Virus record (IMG/VR): IMGVR_UViG_3300050162_000068
Location: 1-34,636 of that record
Strand: one strand, 5' to 3'
Length of the DNA: 34,636 nucleotides
DNA from: a virus
Lineage: Duplodnaviria > Caudoviricetes
Part shown: one piece after another, positions 7,654 through 15,346 of the stretch
Position numbering within the stretch: the first letter of the stretch is position 1
Layout of the letters: every line of letters starts with the position of its first letter
Position numbers and translations under genes: made by a program
Notes under the pieces: model-generated
Told to the model about the DNA's origin: nothing
What the model saw: the letters and a program-made list of their open reading frames with translations, nothing else
Database searches by the model: none

Positions 7654-9315
7654 ATGACGTTTGAAGCATCGAAGTACGAAAATCGCTGGAGCGATTTGCA
7701 ATCAGAACGCGCGCCCTGGATGATGCGGTACCGCACGCTCGGTGAATTCTACATGCCGTATACCTCCCGTAGTGACGCCAGCGACCGTAATACACCGAAG
7801 CCTTTCAACAGCATATACGACAGTGCGGGCACGCGAGCGGTAACGGTACTGGCCGCTGGTCTGATGGCGGGTATGACTTCCCCCGCACGACCGTGGTTCA
7901 GGCTGTCCACCGGGGAAGACGATCTGGATATGTATTCGCCGGTTAAACTGTGGCTATCCGACGTACAGCGCACAATGATGGCAGTATTCAGTAAGTCGAA
8001 TACATACAGGGCCCTGCATTCTGTCTACACGGAAATGGCGATTTACGGTACAGGGGCCAGCATTATCATGCCGGACTACGACAACGTGATCCACCACTAC
8101 CCGTTGACCGCTGGCGAATACTGTATTGATGCGGATGGCAAAGGCCGGGTGGACACCCTGTATCGTGAATTCCAGATGACAGTGCACGCCATGGTGCGCG
8201 AATTCGGCTATGAGAACTGTTCGCGCAACGTGCAGAACATGCACGACCGGAACAGCAAGAATGCCTGGATAACGGTTATCCACGCTATCGAACCTCGTTC
8301 GGACAGAGACGCTGGCCGGAAAGACAACAAAAACATGCCGTTCGTTTCCATCTATTTTGAGAAAGGGGGAGACAGCAACAAGATCCTGCGAGAATCTGGT
8401 TTCAACAGATTCCCTGCGGTATGCCCTCGATGGAATATCGCCGGTTCCGATATCTACGGTCACGGCCCCGGTATCGAAGCGCTGGGGGATACCAAGCAGC
8501 TGCAGCACGAACAGAAACGTAAGGCGCAAGGCATCGACTATCAGACCATGCCCCCACTTCAAGCGCCGACCGCAACCAAGAACATGGAGTTCAATACTCT
8601 TCCTGGTGGCATCTCATTTGTCGATGCGTCCACCCAGAACGGCGGCATTCGGTCGGCCTTCGAGGTGAATCTGAATCTGCAATATCTGCTGAATGATATT
8701 CAGGACGTACGCCAGCGCATCCAGCAATCGTTCTATTCCGACTTGTTCCTGATGCTCACCCAGCAGGATTCACGGATGACCGCTACCGAAGTGGCAGAGC
8801 GTCATGAAGAAAAGCTGGTGGTATTAGGACCCGTTACCGAACGGTTGCAGAACGAGATGCTGGCCCCTGTTATCGAATCTACGTTCGACAGTATGGCAGC
8901 GGCTGGAGTTTTACCACCAGCACCGGAAGAACTCAAAGGCCGTGAATTGAGCGTGGACTACATCTCCATGCTGGCGCAGGCGCAGAAAGCAGTAGGCACT
9001 AACGCGATTGATCGGCTTCTGGGCGCAGCCGTGCAGGTGGCGCAGGTTAAACCGGAAGTTCTGGACCGCTTCGATCCGGATGCGTGGGTGGATATCTATA
9101 CGGATTCACTGGGCGCGGACCCACGTTTGCTGGTGCCAATCGACAAGGCCAACCAGATCCGACAGCAGCGCGCGCAGCAACAGGCGCAGGCGCAGCAGAT
9201 GGCGCAGGCGCAGCAGATGGCAGCAACTGCGAAAGACGCCGCTGGAGCAAAGACCGACCAACCCAGCGCGCTCACTAACGTGATCGACATGTTCAGCGGA
9301 TACAATACGCCCTAG
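7654..9315 (+). CDS. Portal (head-tail connector), T7 gp8/Bbp21-like
   Basis: LAAGLMAGMTSPARPWFRL, RW...YGHGPG, MTATEVAERHEEKLVVLGPV, YISMLAQAQK. Confidence 0.95.
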   Translation: MTFEASKYENRWSDLQSERAPWMMRYRTLGEFYMPYTSRSDASDRNTPKPFNSIYDSAGTRAVTVLAAGLMAGMTSPARPWFRLSTGEDDLDMYSPVKLWLSDVQRTMMAVFSKSNTYRALHSVYTEMAIYGTGASIIMPDYDNVIHHYPLTAGEYCIDADGKGRVDTLYREFQMTVHAMVREFGYENCSRNVQNMHDRNSKNAWITVIHAIEPRSDRDAGRKDNKNMPFVSIYFEKGGDSNKILRESGFNRFPAVCPRWNIAGSDIYGHGPGIEALGDTKQLQHEQKRKAQGIDYQTMPPLQAPTATKNMEFNTLPGGISFVDASTQNGGIRSAFEVNLNLQYLLNDIQDVRQRIQQSFYSDLFLMLTQQDSRMTATEVAERHEEKLVVLGPVTERLQNEMLAPVIESTFDSMAAAGVLPPAPEELKGRELSVDYISMLAQAQKAVGTNAIDRLLGAAVQVAQVKPEVLDRFDPDAWVDIYTDSLGADPRLLVPIDKANQIRQQRAQQQAQAQQMAQAQQMAATAKDAAGAKTDQPSALTNVIDMFSGYNTP

Positions 9316-9323
9316 GGGGCTTT

Positions 9324-9968
9324 ATGACTCTGCACGTACCGAGTTCGCATTTCATTCTGACCGATGACGGGAAAACCGTTGTCGGGGTACGTGACCCAAA
9401 AGGCGCGGATCACTATTGGCTGGATGAAAAGCCTGAAGGTAGCGCACACGCCTATAAAGGGGATTTGATTCTGACAGTGGTAAGCGGATTGCTGGATGCG
9501 GAAATAACGGATGCCGCATGGGCGATGCCCACTACCCCAACGGTATTTGCGCCTCCTACCGTAACCAGCAGCACGGATGCGATCACCTATGAGCCCTCTA
9601 CAGGAACACTAACGTTCAACGAAACGCAAGCCTACAGCATGGTGCTGTCATTCAATCCGAATACAACGTCTGGGCGTACCATTTACTACTATGTAACTGT
9701 GGATTACAACGACGGCAACGGTTTTCGGCCCTTGCGATATTCTGCACGACAGGTCTACGTGAGAGCCAACGAAACAAATCAAGTGTTATTTTTGTCACTA
9801 TTCAAGTTTCCGGCGGGTACTAAACTCAAGCGCTACGTATGGGCCAGCGATACTCTGAATTGTGTAACTGTCGATTTACCCAATACCACAGCGGGCACGG
9901 TAACGATACCTGCCGCAAGAATGGTATACACCGTGGACTATGGCCCGCATCTTTTAGCAGAGGAATAA
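9324..9968 (+). CDS. Putative virion appendage/decoration protein A (shared N-terminal module)
   Basis: Thr-rich beta-type composition; N-terminus FILTDDGKTVVGVRDPKGADHY resembles those at 10305 and 11355. Confidence 0.6.
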   Translation: MTLHVPSSHFILTDDGKTVVGVRDPKGADHYWLDEKPEGSAHAYKGDLILTVVSGLLDAEITDAAWAMPTTPTVFAPPTVTSSTDAITYEPSTGTLTFNETQAYSMVLSFNPNTTSGRTIYYYVTVDYNDGNGFRPLRYSARQVYVRANETNQVLFLSLFKFPAGTKLKRYVWASDTLNCVTVDLPNTTAGTVTIPAARMVYTVDYGPHLLAEE

Positions 9969-9972
9969 CGAT

Positions 9973-10308
9973 ATGCCAATGGCGAGTATGAAACTACCAC
10001 CTCGGGAAAACGAGAATGTGTCGGAACCCCGCGAAATGAGTGACGATTACGGATGGGGTTTGTGTATCGATATTAACGATACGCAATTAAAGGCGATGGG
10101 GTACAACGAACCGCTGCCAGCCGGATCAGATATCACAATTATTGCAAAGGCCAAAGTCACCCGCACGACAACTTGCGACGAAGGCGAAGGGCCCGAAACA
10201 CGGATGTCTGCGCAAATTACGGATATGGAACTTAAACCGGGAGTTCCCGATGAAGGCCAACCGCGTCCGAATATCGCGCAAACGCTATATGGGGGACCTA
10301 AAGCATGA
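9973..10308 (+). CDS. Capsid staple protein (epsilon15 gp10-like)
   Basis: DYGWGLCIDIND..LKAMG...GSDITIIAKAKV...QITDMEL pattern. Confidence 0.75.
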   Translation: MPMASMKLPPRENENVSEPREMSDDYGWGLCIDINDTQLKAMGYNEPLPAGSDITIIAKAKVTRTTTCDEGEGPETRMSAQITDMELKPGVPDEGQPRPNIAQTLYGGPKA

Positions 10309-11117
10309 CAGTTATCCAGAAGCAGGGATCCCCCTTCCTGTTTGATCAACTATCGGGGCAACGAATAAGCGTTCGTAACGAGGACGGAACTGATACTTAT
10401 TTTTCTCCACAACGTATAGCGGATATAACAGGCTTACCTTTGCTATCCAGCGTGATAATAAATTCATCGTTCTATTTAACGGGGTTGAGCGTAATCGCCA
10501 CTTCATACGGTGATCACTGGGAATATTCACCACTTCCAGCGAGAGCGTGGGCTGATATTCTTGCCATACCAACAACTTCTTTAGCAACAGGAATGATTTG
10601 TCGGGCTACCGATTTGGGCCTGCACACGTTTATCTGGGATGGAAGTAACTGGCAGAGCCTTAATAATGCGCCGATCAAAGTTGGGTCGAGCAGGACGCAG
10701 GTTACAGGGGCATTAACAAGCAATTTAATTTATTCTCCAGTTATTCCAGCGAACTTATTGGGTGTCGGGGGCAGAATAATTTGTGAAGTGCAAGCTACAT
10801 ATACAAGTAGTGCAAACGTAAAAAATTTATATCTAGCCAATTCTGTTGGGGCAATACTTGCCTCAGCAAGATGTGCTGCGGTTGGGGTTCTTGGTGTAAA
10901 AGCAAGATTTGTTACCATGTTGAATGGTTCTGGCAGCATGTATGCTCTACTGAATTCAGCTGGCACACTTAGTGATCCATTCTACTCAAGCACACCAGCG
11001 GGCGTTACGTTTGATCAATCTGTTAGCCAGACCCTAAATATCACACTTGCTCAGGGTGCGGTCGAAACGTTTACGGCTTACGGTTATGATATGTGGGTTG
11101 AAAGGAGGACAGCATAA
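10305..11117 (+). CDS. Putative virion appendage/fibre protein B (shared N-terminal module)
   Basis: ATGA coupling; FLFDQLSGQRISVRNEDGTDTY N-terminus; GMICRATD...FIWDGSNW fibre-like segment; AT-richer than flanks. Confidence 0.6.
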   Translation: MTVIQKQGSPFLFDQLSGQRISVRNEDGTDTYFSPQRIADITGLPLLSSVIINSSFYLTGLSVIATSYGDHWEYSPLPARAWADILAIPTTSLATGMICRATDLGLHTFIWDGSNWQSLNNAPIKVGSSRTQVTGALTSNLIYSPVIPANLLGVGGRIICEVQATYTSSANVKNLYLANSVGAILASARCAAVGVLGVKARFVTMLNGSGSMYALLNSAGTLSDPFYSSTPAGVTFDQSVSQTLNITLAQGAVETFTAYGYDMWVERRTA

Positions 11118-11302
11118 TGACCACAAAAACAATCTCAGACACAGAATTGTCATTATTTGATTCAACCGATTACCCTTGGTGCGTCGTTACGACAGAAGGG
11201 CATGTGTTCTATCAGGAATCAGACCTTGCAGAATATCAAACAGCAATGAAAGCTCTTGGTTTGACGGTTGATAGTAGTGGGAATATCACGACAGGTGAAT
11301 AG
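11117..11302 (+). CDS. Small acidic hypothetical protein (61 aa)
   Basis: Strong RBS AAGGAGG, TAATG coupling. Confidence 0.75.
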   Translation: MTTKTISDTELSLFDSTDYPWCVVTTEGHVFYQESDLAEYQTAMKALGLTVDSSGNITTGE

Positions 11303-11354
11303 CTTTGTACGGGTCTTTAGCACGGAATACTAATACCAGTAAAAAGGGGGATAG

Positions 11355-11915
11355 ATGGCTACTTACAAATTAAAACCAGTATGGGGTTTGTTTGACGAAT
11401 CAACAGGGGCCTTTGCGGGATTTCGGGCGGATGATGCGACAGGTACTAAGGACTATCTGGCCGCACTGTCTGCGGCGAACGCTGCCAGCTTGTCACTAAG
11501 CGGTATCCCTATCAGCGGAAGTTCGGGATCTTTTACTACGTTGGCAGCGTCCAGCACGGTATCGGGCGTCGGCTTCTCTAACTACATGGCCGCGCCACCG
11601 TCTATCGGTACAACCACACCAGGCATCGTCAAGACGTCGAACCTACAGGCGACATATACGGATAGTTCGGGAACAGCGGGTAACGCGACGAATAACAGCC
11701 CAACAGGCCGCGCAGCGTTTGCAGCCGCCGCAACTACGTGCGTGATCACCAATTCGCTGGTTACGGCTACCAGTAAGGTATTTACACAGTTGGAGGGTTC
11801 CGACACTACGTTGCTTTACATCAAGTCCGCTGTTCCGGCAGCCGGTTCATTTACGGTTACAGGCAATGCGGCGGCAACCGCAGCAACTAAATTCAGCTTC
11901 ATAGTTGTGAACTAA
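11355..11915 (+). CDS. Putative virion appendage/fibre protein C (shared N-terminal module)
   Basis: RBS GGGGGA; GLFDESTGAFAGFRADDATGTKDY N-terminus; Ser/Thr/Ala-rich linker; compact beta C-terminal domain ending FSFIVVN. Confidence 0.6.
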   Translation: MATYKLKPVWGLFDESTGAFAGFRADDATGTKDYLAALSAANAASLSLSGIPISGSSGSFTTLAASSTVSGVGFSNYMAAPPSIGTTTPGIVKTSNLQATYTDSSGTAGNATNNSPTGRAAFAAAATTCVITNSLVTATSKVFTQLEGSDTTLLYIKSAVPAAGSFTVTGNAAATAATKFSFIVVN

Positions 11916-11922
11916 AAACGGT

Positions 11923-11954
11923 GTGTACCTGACGCCGAAAACATGGATTATCAT
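11923..11954 (+). promoter_or_regulatory. Putative late promoter 2, GTGTACCT-N18-TATCAT
   Basis: Same octamer and spacing; precedes the Bbp19-like/scaffold/capsid genes. Confidence 0.75.
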
Positions 11955-11960
11955 AATTGC

Positions 11961-12326
11961 ATGAAAGAACATGACCCTTTGGATTTACAAGGCCAAGCCG
12001 AAGCGCAGGAAACGCAGAAATTAAGCGAGGAACGCGCACGGCTGAACGAGCTTGCAGATCTCAAATGGCTAATGAGTAGCGAACGGGGCCGTCGTATTGT
12101 ATGGCGACTGCTGGACCGCGCTGGTGTGTTTCGGACCTCGTTTAATACGAATGCGCTCTCGATGTCTTTTAATGAGGGGCGTCGTAACGAAGGACTGGTC
12201 ACTCTACAGATGATCCATGCAGTTTGTCCCGAACTTTACCCGACGATGATTAGAGAGGCATCAAATGGCAGAAGTAACAGCAGCGACCGAAACCGCAGCG
12301 ACAGCACAAACAGCGGCGGTTTCTGA
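11961..12326 (+). CDS. Bbp19-like head morphogenesis protein
   Basis: DLKWLMSSERGRRIVWRLL...FNEGRRNEG; start 11961 preferred because 11943 lies inside the promoter. Confidence 0.8.
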   Translation: MKEHDPLDLQGQAEAQETQKLSEERARLNELADLKWLMSSERGRRIVWRLLDRAGVFRTSFNTNALSMSFNEGRRNEGLVTLQMIHAVCPELYPTMIREASNGRSNSSDRNRSDSTNSGGF

Positions 12327-12942
12327 CGTTCCGGCAACCGATACTGTTTTAACGGCGGAGCAATCCGCGGTGGAAGCACAAACAGCGCAGGCGATACCCG
12401 CCAGTCCTGATTTGCTGAATGACGATGCTCCGGCAGCGGATCCCGAAAAACCAGCAGAAGACCCCGCGAAACCGATAGAAGGTGCGCCTGAGAAATACGA
12501 GTTCAAAGCCCCGGAAGGCGCGGCGCTCGATGCCACCGTTATTGCGGATTTCGCGGACGTAGCGCGCGAACTGAACCTGCCACAGGATGCCGCGCAAAAG
12601 ATCATCGACAAGATTGCTCCTAAACTGGCCGCGCAACAAACCGCGGCGCTGGAAACACTGAGCAATCAATGGGTCGATCAGGTTAAATCAGATAAAGACA
12701 TCGGCGGAGACAAACTGCAAACCAGTTTGGCTACCGCTAAAAAAGCGCTGGATGCCTACGGCTCGCCGGAACTCAGGCAATTGCTGGGTACATCCAAGCT
12801 GGGAAATAATCCGGACGTGATCCGCTTTTTCTACAACGTGGGGAAAACCCTCAGCGAAGATTCGGTGGTCACTGGTAAGCAAGGCAAAGGCGACGGCCAC
12901 AACGGTGCTACCGCGGCGGCCACGCTATATCCAACAAAGTAA
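12265..12942 (+). CDS. Capsid scaffolding protein
   Basis: Ala/Pro/acidic N-terminus, GAPEKYEFKAPEG, ARELNLPQDAAQK, LGNNPDVIRFFYNVGKTLSED; immediately before MCP. Confidence 0.85.
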   Translation: MAEVTAATETAATAQTAAVSDVPATDTVLTAEQSAVEAQTAQAIPASPDLLNDDAPAADPEKPAEDPAKPIEGAPEKYEFKAPEGAALDATVIADFADVARELNLPQDAAQKIIDKIAPKLAAQQTAALETLSNQWVDQVKSDKDIGGDKLQTSLATAKKALDAYGSPELRQLLGTSKLGNNPDVIRFFYNVGKTLSEDSVVTGKQGKGDGHNGATAAATLYPTK

Positions 12943-12960
12943 ACAGGGGAAAATTAGTCT

Positions 12961-13983
12961 ATGGCTACTTTATCAAGCGCCAATGCTCTGACCTTAGCGG
13001 ACTGGGCGAAACGAGTCGATAAAGAAGGCAAAATTCCAGTGATCGCGGAGCTGTTATCTCAGACCAACGAAATTCTGGACGATGCCCTTTTTGTCGAAGG
13101 TAACTTGCCAACAGGTCACCGGGTTGTCATCCGTACCGGTTTACCAACAGTGTACTGGCGTACGCTGAATAAAGGGGTTCCTTCCAGCAAATCACGCACC
13201 GCGCAAGTGGATGAAGCATGCGGCATGATGGAAGCGCGCTCTGATACCGATATCGCCATTCTGAAATTGAACGGTGATGAAGCGCAAGTGCGCATGTCCG
13301 AAGACATGGCGTTTCTGGAATCCATGAACCAGAAACAGGCAACTACCATGTTTTACGGTAATCCAGCAACCGATCCCGCGCAGTACCTCGGGCTGGCTCC
13401 CCGCTACAGTTCGCTGTCCGGCGGTAATGCACAGAACATCCTGAGCGCCGGTGCTTCTGGCTCCGACAATACCTCTATTTGGTTGGTAGTATGGGGTGAG
13501 AATACGGTATTCAATACCTTCCCTAAAGGGTCTACCGCAGGGCTGGAACACCGTGATCTGGGTGAGCAAACGGTGCTGGATTCCGACGGCAACCGCTACC
13601 AGGCTAAATCTACTCTGTATCATTGGGATACGGGTCTAGTTGTGAAAGACTGGCGATATGCGGTACGTATCTGCAACATTGACGTATCCGATCTGAAAGG
13701 CGTTACTGGTACGCAGGCCACCACTTCATCCACAGCCGTGATGAAACTGATGTCACAAGCGATGGATTTGATCCCGAACTTCAATGCCGGTAAAGCGGCA
13801 TTCTATATGAACCGTTCAGTATTTACCGGGATGAAGAACTATGCGCTGGATAAATCACAAAACGCGCTTGCTATCCAGACAGCACTGGATCAGTTCGGTA
13901 ATTCAAAAAGCTGGCTGTCATTCCTCGGCATCCCATTGCGTAAATGCGATGCGTTGTTAAACACCGAATCACTGGTATCATAA
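12961..13983 (+). CDS. Major capsid protein (BPP-1 Bbp17/epsilon15 gp7-like)
   Basis: LTLADWAKR, IAELLSQTNEILDD, EGNLPTGH..RTGLP, GLVVKDWRYAVRICNID, FLGIPLRKCDALLNTE. Confidence 0.95.
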   Translation: MATLSSANALTLADWAKRVDKEGKIPVIAELLSQTNEILDDALFVEGNLPTGHRVVIRTGLPTVYWRTLNKGVPSSKSRTAQVDEACGMMEARSDTDIAILKLNGDEAQVRMSEDMAFLESMNQKQATTMFYGNPATDPAQYLGLAPRYSSLSGGNAQNILSAGASGSDNTSIWLVVWGENTVFNTFPKGSTAGLEHRDLGEQTVLDSDGNRYQAKSTLYHWDTGLVVKDWRYAVRICNIDVSDLKGVTGTQATTSSTAVMKLMSQAMDLIPNFNAGKAAFYMNRSVFTGMKNYALDKSQNALAIQTALDQFGNSKSWLSFLGIPLRKCDALLNTESLVS

Positions 13984-13994
13984 GGGGGCCTTTG

Positions 13995-14423
13995 ATGATT
14001 CTCGACGGATTATTGCGCGTATCTAACGCGCAGGCATTTACTGCCACCGCTATTTCGACCGATGTTATCGACTTCGGCGGTGTGCTGGATGCCGGTGAAG
14101 GTCAGCAGCTGCAAATGCTGTTTAACGTAACGACCGCGTTTACCGGCCTTACCAGTGTAGAATTTCAGGTGGTTGGGTCTTCTGACCCAGCGATGGGCAC
14201 TTATACGGTTCTGGGTTCCTCCGGGGCGATCCTGTTAGCCAGCCTGACGCTGGGCAAACAGCTTGCTGTGGAACTGAATCCGCAAATCGGCTCTACAGGG
14301 TTCCGCTATCTGGCTGCTCGATACGTAGTAACGGGCACAGGTACGGCGGGCGCGGTAACAGCCTATCTGATTCTGGATCTGCAAGACGGCCGCAAGTTCT
14401 ATGCGTCTGGCTTCTCTGTTTAA
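13995..14423 (+). CDS. Capsid cement protein (Bbp16-like)
   Basis: RBS GGGGG before ATG 13995; MILDGLLRVSNAQAFTATAISTDVID...RYLAARYVVTG...AGAVTA. Confidence 0.85.
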   Translation: MILDGLLRVSNAQAFTATAISTDVIDFGGVLDAGEGQQLQMLFNVTTAFTGLTSVEFQVVGSSDPAMGTYTVLGSSGAILLASLTLGKQLAVELNPQIGSTGFRYLAARYVVTGTGTAGAVTAYLILDLQDGRKFYASGFSV

Positions 14424-14435
14424 CAGGTGGATTAA

Positions 14436-14633
14436 ATGGCTAAATATCTGGTTACTAAACTCTCGTTTATCACCGACCATCTGGTAGAGCCGGGTACCAT
14501 CATTGATTTCGATGGGGTACCGTCAAAAGTCATGGTGCCGCAGGATAAAGCGGCAAAGGCTGCGGTAAAGGCCTCCGGGGTTGAGACTGAAACAGAAACG
14601 GTTACTGCGGAAACCACAACCGATCTCGCGTAG
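14436..14633 (+). CDS. Small head-associated hypothetical protein
   Basis: RBS AGGTGGA; MAKYLVTKLSFI..LVEPG; position after the cement gene. Confidence 0.75.
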   Translation: MAKYLVTKLSFITDHLVEPGTIIDFDGVPSKVMVPQDKAAKAAVKASGVETETETVTAETTTDLA

Positions 14634-14665
14634 CTCCTTTGATGGTGTTAGTCAGTGCTAGGTTT

Positions 14666-14688
14666 GGGGGCTTCGAGCCCCCTTTTTT
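14666..14688 (+). terminator. Intrinsic terminator after capsid genes
   Basis: GGGGGCT-TCG-AGCCCCC followed by TTTTTT. Confidence 0.9.
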
Positions 14689-14704
14689 GTAGGGAGAATT
14701 TACC

Positions 14705-15343
14705 ATGGCTTCCGCTGTTGAGATTTGCAATATGGCTCTGGCATACCTCGGGGACAGGGCCAACGTTGCATCCATCGATCCCCCCGAAGGCTCCACCGAG
14801 GCCGAGCATTGCGCTCGCTTCTATCCAATAGCCCGCGATACTTTGCTGGAGGCGCATTGCTGGAACTTTGCCACACGTCGCGCACAACTCGCCCAGCTAT
14901 CAATAACGCCTATCGGATGGGATTATGCATACGCACGGCCCTCCAGCGCTTTACGCGTTTTTTCTATATTCTCAGCGAATATGCAGCGGGAATATGGATT
15001 GGATAATGGCGTACCTTTCGATCCGCCTCAGCAGGACTTCATTTGCGAATCAGATGACAATGGGACCCCTATTATCTTCACGAATCAAGCAAGTGCTTAT
15101 GCGAAGTATACGATCCGGGTAACGGATACCGCTCGCTTCTCTCCCCTGTTCGTGAATACTCTGGCATGGCATCTGGCGTCTATGCTGGCGGGGCCTATCT
15201 ATAAAGGGGACGTAGGTATGAAGCAGGCGCAGTATTGCGCGCAGATGATGAATGCTTTTCTTGCGCAAGCGAAAAACGCAGATGCCAACCAGCGCAAGAT
15301 CCCGAACACATCGCAAGCCCCCTGGATAAACGCGAGAGGATAA
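14705..15343 (+). CDS. Tail adaptor / tail tubular protein A (T7 gp11-like)
   Basis: VEICNMALAYLG, EAEHCARFY..ARDTLL...WNFA, WDYAYARP, FSPLFVNTLAWHLA. Confidence 0.85.
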   Translation: MASAVEICNMALAYLGDRANVASIDPPEGSTEAEHCARFYPIARDTLLEAHCWNFATRRAQLAQLSITPIGWDYAYARPSSALRVFSIFSANMQREYGLDNGVPFDPPQQDFICESDDNGTPIIFTNQASAYAKYTIRVTDTARFSPLFVNTLAWHLASMLAGPIYKGDVGMKQAQYCAQMMNAFLAQAKNADANQRKIPNTSQAPWINARG

Positions 15344-15346
15344 CCC

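Noticed and set aside
9183-9218. 18-nt tandem duplication GGCGCAGGCGCAGCAGAT x2
   Set aside because: Encodes the low-complexity Gln/Ala tail usual at portal C-termini
11305-11336. TTGTACGG as a fifth late promoter before 11355
   Set aside because: Only 5/8 match, and the hexamer 18 nt downstream (TAATAC) lacks the conserved final T
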